Shown here piece after piece: positions 7,896-16,532 of a stretch of DNA of 32,000 bases (position 1 is its first letter; every line of letters begins with the position of its first letter). Location: the NCBI RefSeq assembly GCF_001545095.1, contig NZ_CP013213.1, positions 2,310,001-2,342,000 of the forward strand. Direction: 5' to 3'. The position numbers were made by a program, and so were the translations under genes. A model generated the notes under the pieces. That model saw only the letters and a program-made list of their open reading frames with translations. It did not search any database and was not told the DNA's origin. Source of the stretch: Erysipelothrix larvae (GTDB lineage: Bacteria; Bacillota_I; Bacilli_A; Erysipelotrichales; Erysipelotrichaceae).

Positions 7896-8995
7896 TTCCT
7901 ACACGTCCATGCATCATGACAATTGATCTTGATGCAATCACAAATAATATAAAACTTTACGAATCTGTTACTAACAAAACTGTATTTGGTGTTGTGAAAG
8001 CGAATGCGTATGGTCATGGCGACATTATGATTGCGCGTCATTTAGAATCTCTAGGAATTCGTGTTCTCTGCGTTTCTTCACTCGATGAAGCACTTCATTT
8101 ATATAAACATGGCATTACAGCTGATATTCTCATCTTTGGTCCCACTGATCCACAGGCAATTGCGCTGTATCATAAACCACAGTTTATCTATACTTTAACC
8201 TCTATGGAATACTTCAAACGATTAAGCGACGATATGCAGCAAGTGCGCTTTCATATTGAAGTGAATACTGGAATGAATCGACTTGGATTTAAAGAAGTGG
8301 AAGAAATCAAAGAAGTATTGGATACAACACCCCATATTATCGAAGGTATTTATACACATTTTTCCAGTGCTGATGAAGTCAGTGACTTTACTGACACACA
8401 AGCAAAACGCTTTGAATCAATTCTTAATACACTTGATTATCCATTCAAGTGGATTCATGCAGGAAACTCTCACGGATCGATTTCATATCAAAACCCATCT
8501 GTTAATGCTCAGCGCATTGGTATTGGGATGTATGGATATGTTGAACCAAATATGTTTGAAGCATTCAGTTTGAAACTGAAATTAGCGATGAAGCTTGAAA
8601 CCATGATTGTCCATATTGACTCGCTACGAAAAGGGGAGCCGGTTGGCTATAATCGAACATTTCATGCTGATCAAGACATGCTCTTTGGGACCCTTCCAAT
8701 TGGATATGCAGATGGTTTGAATCCATTGAATCAACGCTTACCCTTCAAGGTAGGAAAAAGAAATATGCCAATCTTGGGAAAAATCTGCATGGATCAAACC
8801 ATGATTCAAGTAAACAGTTCAGACTCAGTTGGTGATTGGGTTGAAATCGTTGGGCCCAATCGATCACTCTATGAGATTGCTCAGCATACTGATACAATTC
8901 CTTATGTTGTCATGGCTCAGCTCAATGATCGTATTACACGGAAGTACGTGTCACACGGTGAAGTCATCGCAACCATTAACATCCAAAACAACTAA
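7892..8995 (+). CDS. alr: Alanine racemase
   Basis: Contains the PLP-lysine motif VVKANAYGHG and Alr-like features throughout (EVNTGMNRLG, THFSSAD, GYADG). The start is set at ATG 7892, not the upstream 7856, because of the ATGA overlap with the preceding gene. Confidence 0.9.
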   Translation: MIPTRPCIMTIDLDAITNNIKLYESVTNKTVFGVVKANAYGHGDIMIARHLESLGIRVLCVSSLDEALHLYKHGITADILIFGPTDPQAIALYHKPQFIYTLTSMEYFKRLSDDMQQVRFHIEVNTGMNRLGFKEVEEIKEVLDTTPHIIEGIYTHFSSADEVSDFTDTQAKRFESILNTLDYPFKWIHAGNSHGSISYQNPSVNAQRIGIGMYGYVEPNMFEAFSLKLKLAMKLETMIVHIDSLRKGEPVGYNRTFHADQDMLFGTLPIGYADGLNPLNQRLPFKVGKRNMPILGKICMDQTMIQVNSSDSVGDWVEIVGPNRSLYEIAQHTDTIPYVVMAQLNDRITRKYVSHGEVIATINIQNN

Positions 8996-9016
8996 AGGAG
9001 CTTTCGCTCCTTTTTA
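8994..9016. terminator. Bidirectional terminator between alr and the convergent 229-aa ORF
   Basis: AAGGAGC-TTTC-GCTCCTT hairpin flanked by A (left) and T (right) runs. It overlaps the alr stop. Confidence 0.6.
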
Positions 9017-9703
9017 ATGTGTATTTATATTTGATTTATCGCTGATTATTTTCGCTAGTCGTTGGTCTTGGTTTACAATCAACATTCGACTCACACACAT
9101 TTCTACACTCATTGTTTGAGCATTTAGTATCCGATCAATACTATCCATACACTCTTCCATCATCGCACAGAAAAACTCCCGAAGGTCAACCTTGTATTCA
9201 GCATACATCTCAAATACATGATGAAACTCTACATAAGCCATTAACTTACATATATCTTGATTGGTTGTATCCAGATCAATACGTTCAAAGAGATCATCAA
9301 CATAAGCGCTTAACTCATCAATATTACGGGCTCTTTGAATATCCAAGATATAAGGGAGTATGACCTTAAACACTTGTTTATTCTTCATAATATCGAAATT
9401 TTTTGACGCGTCTTTGTTTTGACATGCAAAATCCAAAGCAGATGCATAAGGCGTTAAATATGGGGAAATTGTTGTGATTCCATCTTTCGTAATCGTGTAA
9501 TCATTTTCTTTTACACAATATTCAACGCTGTAATAATTTCCTTGGTCCCATACCACCCCAAGCACCCTCTCGTCATTTGTCTCAAGTACGCATACTTGAT
9601 TCATCTGAACCAAGAAAAATGCTTCCACAGTTTTGTGTGAAACAATCCGATTTCTATATGTCACACTATCACCCATCCTTAATTTAAATTTAAGCCATTT
9701 CAC
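9014..9703 (-). CDS. Hypothetical cytoplasmic protein with no domain I recognise
   Basis: 229-aa ORF, or 220 aa from the internal ATG at 9676. No TM segment; Cys-rich, with a helical-looking C-terminal half. Co-oriented with rmuC, starting 21 nt downstream of its stop. Confidence 0.6.
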   Translation of the reverse strand: MKWLKFKLRMGDSVTYRNRIVSHKTVEAFFLVQMNQVCVLETNDERVLGVVWDQGNYYSVEYCVKENDYTITKDGITTISPYLTPYASALDFACQNKDASKNFDIMKNKQVFKVILPYILDIQRARNIDELSAYVDDLFERIDLDTTNQDICKLMAYVEFHHVFEMYAEYKVDLREFFCAMMEECMDSIDRILNAQTMSVEMCVSRMLIVNQDQRLAKIISDKSNINTH

Positions 9704-9724
9704 ATGTTAAATCAACGGTTGTGC

Positions 9725-10864
9725 TTAGTCCTCACTAATTTCCTTAACACCTTCAACTGAAGCAATTGATTCAAAGCGTTGTGTTATCTTGTGTGTTGTG
9801 ACATGAATGTCTTTTACATCCTTATTAACTTGGTCAATATGATTACTTAACGAATCCCATCGTGTCTTGTAGCGATCAAATTCTACCATGAGTAACCTCA
9901 GTTCTTTTTGAATAATTGCAGCATATTTATCACGCTCTATATTAACTAACATTGTTTGAAGCAACGTCAGTGTACTCATGAATGTAGTTGGCGACACAAT
10001 CCACACTCTTTTCTTTTGTGCATATACAAGAACATCTTGCATGTACGCATTAATATAAGCATACACAGCTTCTGCAGGGACAAACATAAATGCTTGGTCC
10101 GATGTTTCGTTTACAATAATATACTTTGAAGAAATCGCATCAATATGTCTCTTACAATCATTTGAGAAATCTTTTCTCAGTTTAACTGCTTGGTCGCTAT
10201 TGGGTGACTCATCAACTAACCGTCGATAATTCTCCAGCGGAAACTTTGAATCCACAGCTATGGTCCCTAAAGGCTCTGGTGCATAAATAATTGCATCTGC
10301 ACGCACACCTGTGGATAACCCTTTTTGCATTTGATAGATTGCATCATTTTTCTCCCCAAATACAGCACTTAATATTTGATACAATTGCACTTCACCAAAG
10401 GTACCCCGCGCTTTCTTGTCGGTTAATACATCTTGAAGCGACACAATATCCGTAGATAAAGCATCGATTTTCTTTTGCGCTTCATCAATTTTTCCAAGTC
10501 GCTCCACAATATTCGTAAACGTTTCGTTTGTTTTCTCAAAACCTTCATTTAATCGCTGATTCACCTTCATATCCAACATATTAAATTTCGTCTCAATTAC
10601 ATTACTTGTTTCCTGTAAATCCTTATGTACTGAGCTGGAAAGTTGGTCAAAAAATGTTAGCAGTTGCGCATTACTGACACGTTCAAACGTTCGTTGTTGA
10701 TCTTCCAAACGGATAAACCGATCTTCCAAGCGATCTTCGAATTGTTGGAACCTTTGATTCATTAAGTCCTGTTGTTTTGAAGATGCTCTTTGAATGACCA
10801 ATAAGAGCAACAACCCTAAAATAATGACACTACCCACAGTTATTATTGTCATAAAAATATCCAT
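9725..10864 (-). CDS. rmuC: DNA recombination protein RmuC
   Basis: N-terminal TM anchor, a long coiled-coil region, and a C-terminal RmuC nuclease-like domain (...IAVDSKFPLENY...FMFVPAEAVY...). ATG 10864 is preferred over GTG 10873 because AGAGGTGA lies upstream. Confidence 0.85.
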   Translation of the reverse strand: MDIFMTIITVGSVIILGLLLLLVIQRASSKQQDLMNQRFQQFEDRLEDRFIRLEDQQRTFERVSNAQLLTFFDQLSSSVHKDLQETSNVIETKFNMLDMKVNQRLNEGFEKTNETFTNIVERLGKIDEAQKKIDALSTDIVSLQDVLTDKKARGTFGEVQLYQILSAVFGEKNDAIYQMQKGLSTGVRADAIIYAPEPLGTIAVDSKFPLENYRRLVDESPNSDQAVKLRKDFSNDCKRHIDAISSKYIIVNETSDQAFMFVPAEAVYAYINAYMQDVLVYAQKKRVWIVSPTTFMSTLTLLQTMLVNIERDKYAAIIQKELRLLMVEFDRYKTRWDSLSNHIDQVNKDVKDIHVTTHKITQRFESIASVEGVKEISED

Positions 10865-10933
10865 TAAATTCACCTCTTTTCACCCATTGTAGCATATTTT
10901 CATATATAATACCTTTAAAGGAAGGTGTATTTT

Positions 10934-11827
10934 ATGTCAGTTGGAATTGCATTATCGGGTGGTGGAATAAAGTCCTTTTCACAACTTCCTGTGCTTGAAG
11001 CGTTGCATAAAAAAGGCATCAATATTGATTACTATGCTGGCACCTCAATGGGTGCCGCTATTGCTGCACTTGCAGCAAGTGGTCTAGAGCTTGAGGTCAT
11101 GATTCCTTTAGCACTTGAGGTTGAAGAACTCTTATTGAAACAAAGGGTGTTCTCCCGTCCAAGCCTTCGCATGCTTCCTTTTTCTAAAAATAAGATTCAT
11201 GCAGGGTACGTTGATGGTGAAGTCATTGAAACGATTATAGACCCTATATTTCAAGAACATGGGATCTCAAATATTCGTGATGTTAAAGTACCTTTAGCGA
11301 TTCCTTCCGTCGATATTTTGACTGGAAAGCTCATCGTATTTGTATCACATCCTGAATTATTCAATGCACATAAGGATTGGATTGTTATATCGGATGTGAA
11401 GCTCTCTTTAGCTGTACGTGCATCGTGTAGTTTCCCATTCATCATATCAGCAGTCCCTTATGACAATTACTTACTCACCGATGGTGGTGTAAAAATGAAT
11501 CTACCTTTGGATCTTGTAGAAGCATATGGTGCAACAAAAACTGTGGCGGTTACCATGCATCAAGACAGTGATTTTACAGAATATGATAGAATTCAACCCC
11601 TCGCAAATCGCGTTATGGACTTAATGGCTGGATCTAAAGATGAACTTGTTGTAGGACGTGCTGATGTACATATTAACATTCCACTAAATGACATTTGGGT
11701 GTTTGATATTGGTAAAGGCATCGATACGATCACTGCAGGTGAACAGATTATGGAAGAATATCAGAAGTCTTTAGAAACTCTCATAAAGAAACCTACATTT
11801 TGGGAGAAGCTATTCAATCTTGTATAA
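10934..11827 (+). CDS. Patatin-like phospholipase (YlbK-like)
   Basis: Has the GGGIKSF oxyanion motif, the GTSMGA nucleophile elbow (GxSxG) and the TDGG catalytic Asp motif. ATG 10934 follows AAGGAAGGTG. Confidence 0.85.
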   Translation: MSVGIALSGGGIKSFSQLPVLEALHKKGINIDYYAGTSMGAAIAALAASGLELEVMIPLALEVEELLLKQRVFSRPSLRMLPFSKNKIHAGYVDGEVIETIIDPIFQEHGISNIRDVKVPLAIPSVDILTGKLIVFVSHPELFNAHKDWIVISDVKLSLAVRASCSFPFIISAVPYDNYLLTDGGVKMNLPLDLVEAYGATKTVAVTMHQDSDFTEYDRIQPLANRVMDLMAGSKDELVVGRADVHINIPLNDIWVFDIGKGIDTITAGEQIMEEYQKSLETLIKKPTFWEKLFNLV

Positions 11828-11850
11828 CCTATAAGCAAAAATAACTTGAG

Positions 11851-11877
11851 ACGCAATCAACATTGATTGCGTTTTTT
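11851..11877 (+). terminator. Rho-independent terminator of the patatin-like gene
   Basis: ACGCAATCAA-CAT-TGATTGCGT followed by TTTTTT. Confidence 0.7.
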
Positions 11878-12185
11878 AGGTCATGGCATAAAAAAGAACC
11901 ACAAACTAATGGTTCAAGTGTCTTCCTGTTATCGTAAAAATCAATTGATAGTTCCTCTAAAAACCTTTATGAATATCATGATGCAAATCCACATACACAT
12001 TTATCGCAAGATCTTTAGCGAATCTTTCAATATGACAATTTAAAAGATAGCAATCATTAAAAAAATCTTCTTTGTTTTAAACTCGTCCATCGACTCAAAA
12101 AGCAAAAAATATAATAATCTACGAATGTTGATACTATCGCCTATAAAACGTAAGTGATATTCCAAATAATTTGAATTCGTTCAGA

Positions 12186-12221
12186 CAAAAAACATGGTCA
12201 CCCATTCATAGAATGTACCAT
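12186..12221 (-). terminator. Rho-independent terminator of the PAP2 gene
   Basis: On the minus strand, ACATGGT...ACCATGT stem followed by TTTTTT, 9 nt after the stop. Confidence 0.6.
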
Positions 12222-12229
12222 GTCAGTCA

Positions 12230-12754
12230 TTATATACCCAGTCTTTTTTTCTCTTCGATTCTCTCAAATATCTTAAATACCACAAATCCAATCGACATTC
12301 CTAATAAAGCCCCTGCAAGAACATCTGTAGGGAAATGTACATATACATAAAGACGGCTGAATCCCATCAAAGCTGCCAATCCAATCCACACCTTCTTATA
12401 CGGTGCATTATACATATATAACGTCCACGCAACCGCAAATGAACTTGCGGTGTGACCTGAAGGGAAAGAATATCCACTGGGTTCAGATATCATCAATACA
12501 ATGTCAGGATTCACATAAAATGGACGCGGTCTTTGGAATATGTGTTTCAAAACACCTTCTACTAAAAGATATTCACTTGCTAATGCGATGAAACCAGCAA
12601 GTGCCATCAAGCGTGTTTTCTTGAAACAAGCCATAACCCCTAAAATCACAAACCAAATCTCCCCATGGTTTCCAATCGTTGTATAAACGATAAAGAACAT
12701 ATCCAGTATATCAGTTCTTATTGACTGTATAAAATTTAGTATCTCAAGTTCCAT
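12230..12754 (-). CDS. PAP2-family membrane phosphatase (BcrC/PgpB-like, possible undecaprenyl-diphosphatase)
   Basis: 174 aa, polytopic, with PAP2 motifs KHIFQRPRP, PSGHT and SRLYVYVHFPTDV. Confidence 0.8.
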   Translation of the reverse strand: MELEILNFIQSIRTDILDMFFIVYTTIGNHGEIWFVILGVMACFKKTRLMALAGFIALASEYLLVEGVLKHIFQRPRPFYVNPDIVLMISEPSGYSFPSGHTASSFAVAWTLYMYNAPYKKVWIGLAALMGFSRLYVYVHFPTDVLAGALLGMSIGFVVFKIFERIEEKKRLGI

Positions 12755-12823
12755 AGTTCCTCATTTCTAATATCACAATGATACCATGGAATAGTGTATA
12801 ATGTACACAAAGGAGGAGAGATT

Positions 12824-13513
12824 ATGATCTTAACTTGGTATGGCCATTCTTGTGTACACATCGTGACAAGTGATGGCGTCAAAATTATTGTCGATCCATT
12901 TATTAATGGTAACCCTACCTGTCCTGTTTCGGTAGATGACATTGATGTTGATTATATTATCCTAACCCATGGTCACAATGACCATGTTGGGGATACCGTA
13001 GAGATTTCAAAACGTTGTCATGCTCCCGTTATTGGTATGGTAGAGCTCTGTGACTTTTTGGAAGAAACATTCCAGTTGGAAACAATTGGAGCAAACATCG
13101 GAGGCAAACTTGTGGGTAACTTTGGCAGTGTTAAGTTCACACAAGCCATTCATAGCTCTTCGTATGTTCATGAAGGCAAAGCCTACTATATGGGTTTAGC
13201 TGCTGGCATTATTTTAGATGATGGTGCAACCAAAGTATATCATGCTGGAGACACTGCATTCTTTGGGGATATGGCACATATTGGACCTGTAGACCTTGCC
13301 TTTTTACCGATTGGAGATAAGTACACAATGGGAATTGAAGAAGCATTGAAGGCTTCTGAATTAATCCAAGCAGATACCTTTATCCCAGTCCATTACAATA
13401 CATTCAGCGCCCTCAAACAAAATCCATATCATTACATTAACCAATTACCTGAAGCAAATGGATTTGTTCCAGAAATTGGGCGTCCATTCAACGAGTCTTG
13501 TATTTATTTGTAA
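12824..13513 (+). CDS. UPF0173-family metal-dependent hydrolase (MBL fold, YtkL-like)
   Basis: MILTWYGHSCVHI...ILTHGHNDHVGD...HAGDTAFFGD. ATG 12824 follows AGGAGGAG. The upstream GTG 12794 lies inside a TATAAT box. Confidence 0.8.
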   Translation: MILTWYGHSCVHIVTSDGVKIIVDPFINGNPTCPVSVDDIDVDYIILTHGHNDHVGDTVEISKRCHAPVIGMVELCDFLEETFQLETIGANIGGKLVGNFGSVKFTQAIHSSSYVHEGKAYYMGLAAGIILDDGATKVYHAGDTAFFGDMAHIGPVDLAFLPIGDKYTMGIEEALKASELIQADTFIPVHYNTFSALKQNPYHYINQLPEANGFVPEIGRPFNESCIYL

Positions 13514-13554
13514 TTGATTGTGTGATAAACTAACGATAGGAGGTTTTAGATATT

Positions 13555-13914
13555 ATGTCAAAACCATTGTTTATATATTGGCCAAAATGCTCTACCTGCA
13601 GACGTGCCCTCGATTACCTAAATGAAAATAATATCGAAGTTGAAACTCGAGATATTATGAACGAAAACCCAACCAAAGACGAACTCAAGCAATGGTTCCA
13701 AGAATCGGGTTATCCAATTAAACGATTCTTTAATACTTCTGGTTTTGTGTATCGCGATATGGGTCTTAAAGATAAGCTTGGTTCAATGAGTGAAGATGAG
13801 CAACTTGATTTACTCGCTTCCACTGGACGTTTAGTACGTCGCCCAATCCTCATAGGCGACCATGGAATTTTTGTAGGGTTCCACAAAGATTTATACGATA
13901 CACTTAAAAAATGA
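13555..13914 (+). CDS. ArsC/Spx/YffB-family thioredoxin-fold protein
   Basis: 119 aa. N-terminal ...IYWPKCSTCRRALDYL... and C-terminal ...LVRRPIL... are typical of the family. Confidence 0.8.
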   Translation: MSKPLFIYWPKCSTCRRALDYLNENNIEVETRDIMNENPTKDELKQWFQESGYPIKRFFNTSGFVYRDMGLKDKLGSMSEDEQLDLLASTGRLVRRPILIGDHGIFVGFHKDLYDTLKK

Positions 13915-14624
13915 TTGTCGTATTATCACCAACAAAGAAACAGCGGCATCGTACACAACACGCGTACACACAACCGCTGTTTTTATTTCAAGCACAAAAG
14001 ATTCTTGAACTCCTACAATCTAAATCCCATCAAGAACTCAAAGCTCTTTTTAAGATATCCGATAAACTTACTGCATCTACCTATGATCTCATTCATGACA
14101 ATCACATAACACCTGCATTATATTTATATGAAGGGGAAGCTTTTAAAGCCTTGAATCCCCAGACATTTACACAAGAAACCTTAGATTACGCAAACGATCA
14201 TTGCCGTATCTTTTCCAGTGTCTATGGTTTATTAAGACCCATGGATGGAATCCAATCGTATCGGCTTGATTTCTTAACACCTTTTGAATTAAACTTAAAG
14301 GAGTTATGGTCGGGGATTGTTACTGAGTCACTCAACAGCCTCAACGCGCCAATTATTAACTGTGCCTCGAAAGAGTTCTCACAATTAATGAACCGCAAAC
14401 AGATATCCAATCCAATCTATGATATTGAATTCTTAACAAAGAAAGCCGATCAACCACCAAAAATCCTCAGCACCCACTCAAAGCATGCGCGGGGTTTATT
14501 TACACGCTATATCCTTGAAAATCAAATCACGACGCTTGAAGGTATCATACAGTTTAACCTTGACGGGTATCAATATACACAAACTCACATGAACACCATT
14601 CAATTTGTAAAGGAAGTCCAATGA
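13911..14624 (+). CDS. yaaA: Peroxide stress protein YaaA (UPF0246)
   Basis: 237 aa. N-terminus MIVVLSPTKKQ, plus LYEGEAFKAL and HARG motifs. ATGA overlap with the preceding gene. Confidence 0.85.
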   Translation: MIVVLSPTKKQRHRTQHAYTQPLFLFQAQKILELLQSKSHQELKALFKISDKLTASTYDLIHDNHITPALYLYEGEAFKALNPQTFTQETLDYANDHCRIFSSVYGLLRPMDGIQSYRLDFLTPFELNLKELWSGIVTESLNSLNAPIINCASKEFSQLMNRKQISNPIYDIEFLTKKADQPPKILSTHSKHARGLFTRYILENQITTLEGIIQFNLDGYQYTQTHMNTIQFVKEVQ

Positions 14625-15034
14625 AAAAAATCATCGAGACACTCGAATACCTAAGTCCAATCATCCTTATTTGTATGATTTTTTTAGGCTTCTTTGTTGC
14701 GTCTTCTAGTGGTGATTTATTACTGACACAATATTATCTGTTGTATGTAGCGATTGTATTGACTGGATTTGGAATTATCAAATATTCACATCGTGATCTC
14801 GCAATGACAGAAGCACGATTTATCCACCTTGACCTAAAAGTAAAATCCATCATGTTTATCTGCCTTACAATACTCACATTGATCCTAACCCTTTTTTCAC
14901 TGTTACATATCAGCTATTTGATTATATTTTACTTAGTGATTGTTGTGTTCCTTGTTGAACTCATCACACTTTATAAGGGTTACATGAAAGCGAAAGAGAG
15001 GGAACATAATGGCAATAAAAGCCCTTATATTTGA
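14621..15034 (+). CDS. Small integral membrane protein (about 4 TM), unknown function
   Basis: 137-aa hydrophobic ORF. ATGA overlap with yaaA, and a 26-nt overlap with the next gene. Confidence 0.6.
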   Translation: MKKIIETLEYLSPIILICMIFLGFFVASSSGDLLLTQYYLLYVAIVLTGFGIIKYSHRDLAMTEARFIHLDLKVKSIMFICLTILTLILTLFSLLHISYLIIFYLVIVVFLVELITLYKGYMKAKEREHNGNKSPYI

Positions 15035-15674
15035 TTTAGATAATACACTGATTAACCGTAATGAGTCCATCAAACCCATGCATGAATGGTTAGTTCAAAC
15101 ATTTTTACATGACTTCTCTTTACAGAAGCAACATGAAGCACTCGTTTTGTTGAAGCAATGGGATTATTATGGCTATGTATCCCATGAAACTGTGTTACGC
15201 TGTTTTAGTAAAACCTATGGACTTGACTTTGATATTAAGGAAGTTACTCATACCATTCGAACGCATCAAGGATATCATGCAAAACCATTGGATGGTGCGC
15301 TTGAAACACTTGAAATACTTCACAAAGACTATATCCTTGCACTGCTTACAAACGGATCTTCCATTGGACAACGTCTCAAAATTGATACGGCACTCACATC
15401 CCATCAAAAGCTATTCACGGAAATCTTAATATCTGGGGATAAAGGGGTTCATAAACCAAATCCTCAGGTCTATGAAGCGCTTATGAAGTCTTTAAATCTG
15501 ACACCCCAAGAATGTGTCTACATTGGTGATGATCTGACAAACGATATCATTGCCCCGATGAAATTGGGAATGAAGGCCATTCGTATGAATCATTGCAATT
15601 TAGAAACCACTTCACTAACCGTTGAAATCAATCACATAAGCGCATTGCTTGATCTTGATTTTGATGCTCTTTAA
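15009..15674 (+). CDS. HAD-superfamily hydrolase (subfamily IA-like)
   Basis: Motif I FDLDNTL, motif II LLTNGS, motif III/IV K...GDDLTNDI. Confidence 0.8.
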   Translation: MAIKALIFDLDNTLINRNESIKPMHEWLVQTFLHDFSLQKQHEALVLLKQWDYYGYVSHETVLRCFSKTYGLDFDIKEVTHTIRTHQGYHAKPLDGALETLEILHKDYILALLTNGSSIGQRLKIDTALTSHQKLFTEILISGDKGVHKPNPQVYEALMKSLNLTPQECVYIGDDLTNDIIAPMKLGMKAIRMNHCNLETTSLTVEINHISALLDLDFDAL

Positions 15675-15683
15675 GGAACACTC

Positions 15684-16427
15684 ATGAATCTAAAAATAAA
15701 AGATGTTGCGGATGCATGTGGTATCAGTGTCGCAAGTGTGCGAAACTACGAGACCTATGGTCTCATTCCATCCCCATCACGTGGCACTAACAATTATCGT
15801 GTCTATACCAAACGCCATGTCAATCATTTACACTGCGTCTTATCGATGCGTGCAGGATTTTCACGGCCAGAAATCCTGGAAATTATGCAAAATCTTCGTA
15901 AGGGCGATGTGAACCAGGTCTTATTGCTGTGCGCATCGAAACAACGAAACCTGATGAATGCCTTAGACCAAGCCAATCAAACCATGGCATACCTAAACAA
16001 TACCGATATCAATGTATCGCTTCGTCTACCTAAACCTGTCTCCATTCAAAAAGCGTCTGAACTGACCGGTGTTTCTGTCACAACATTAAGGCATTGGGAA
16101 CATGAAGGACTCCTGAATCCACATAGAAATCGGAACAATAATTATCGAAGTTATGATCAGTCCCTCATTTCACGGATTATGATTATCAAAATCATTCGAA
16201 GTGCAGTCTGGTCCTTAGAAGAAGTCAGAAAAACACTCCTTCAATTTGAAGATAAAGATCCAAAAACTGTGTTAAGTATTACATTGGATGCGATTCAATA
16301 CTTGCATCGTCTTAACATCCATCAACATCAAGGGATTCACGCAGTTTATACACTTTTACTTCAAGAAGGGCTTGTTGATGAACAATATCATCATGACTAT
16401 ACATTCAAATTTAACGTTACACTTTAA
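15684..16427 (+). CDS. MerR-family regulator with two tandem MerR-type HTH domains
   Basis: Residues 1 to about 70 (LKIKDVADACGISVASVRNYETYGLIPSPSRGTNNYRVYTKRHVNHL...) and residues about 119-190 (VSIQKASELTGVSVTTLRHWEHEGLLNPHRNRNNNYRSYDQSLISRIMIIKIIR...) each match the MerR N-terminal wHTH pattern. Confidence 0.8.
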   Translation: MNLKIKDVADACGISVASVRNYETYGLIPSPSRGTNNYRVYTKRHVNHLHCVLSMRAGFSRPEILEIMQNLRKGDVNQVLLLCASKQRNLMNALDQANQTMAYLNNTDINVSLRLPKPVSIQKASELTGVSVTTLRHWEHEGLLNPHRNRNNNYRSYDQSLISRIMIIKIIRSAVWSLEEVRKTLLQFEDKDPKTVLSITLDAIQYLHRLNIHQHQGIHAVYTLLLQEGLVDEQYHHDYTFKFNVTL

Positions 16428-16441
16428 GATTAATTAACATC

Positions 16442-16472
16442 AGTAGAGTTTATGCTATAAACTCTACTTTTT
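16442..16472 (+). terminator. Rho-independent terminator after the MerR-family gene
   Basis: AGTAGAGTTTA-TGC-TATAAACTCTACT followed by TTTTT. Confidence 0.6.
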
Positions 16473-16532
16473 AGTATAAAAACCTTATAACTTGCACCAA
16501 TATGCTATATTAGATACTGAGGAGATTAATCC

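Noticed and set aside
10934-11827. The patatin-like phospholipase as a CBASS-type (CapV-like) defence effector.
   Set aside because: No cyclase/nucleotidyltransferase, SMODS, or other signalling gene is adjacent. The gene is monocistronic with its own terminator and looks like the housekeeping YlbK-type lipase.
11930-12095. Tiny minus-strand ORFs (MDEFKTKKIFLMIAIF, MCMWICIMIFIKVFRGTIN) as possible type I toxins.
   Set aside because: They are too short, have no convincing RBS or promoter, and show no antisense RNA signature. They are more likely chance ORFs in a decayed spacer.
16473-16532. A MerR-type promoter (19-20 bp spacer with a dyad) upstream of the uvrA-like gene.
   Set aside because: Only a 5-bp AT-only inverted repeat (AATAT-GCT-ATATT) and poor -35/-10 candidates were found. 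No convincing long-spacer promoter could be defined.
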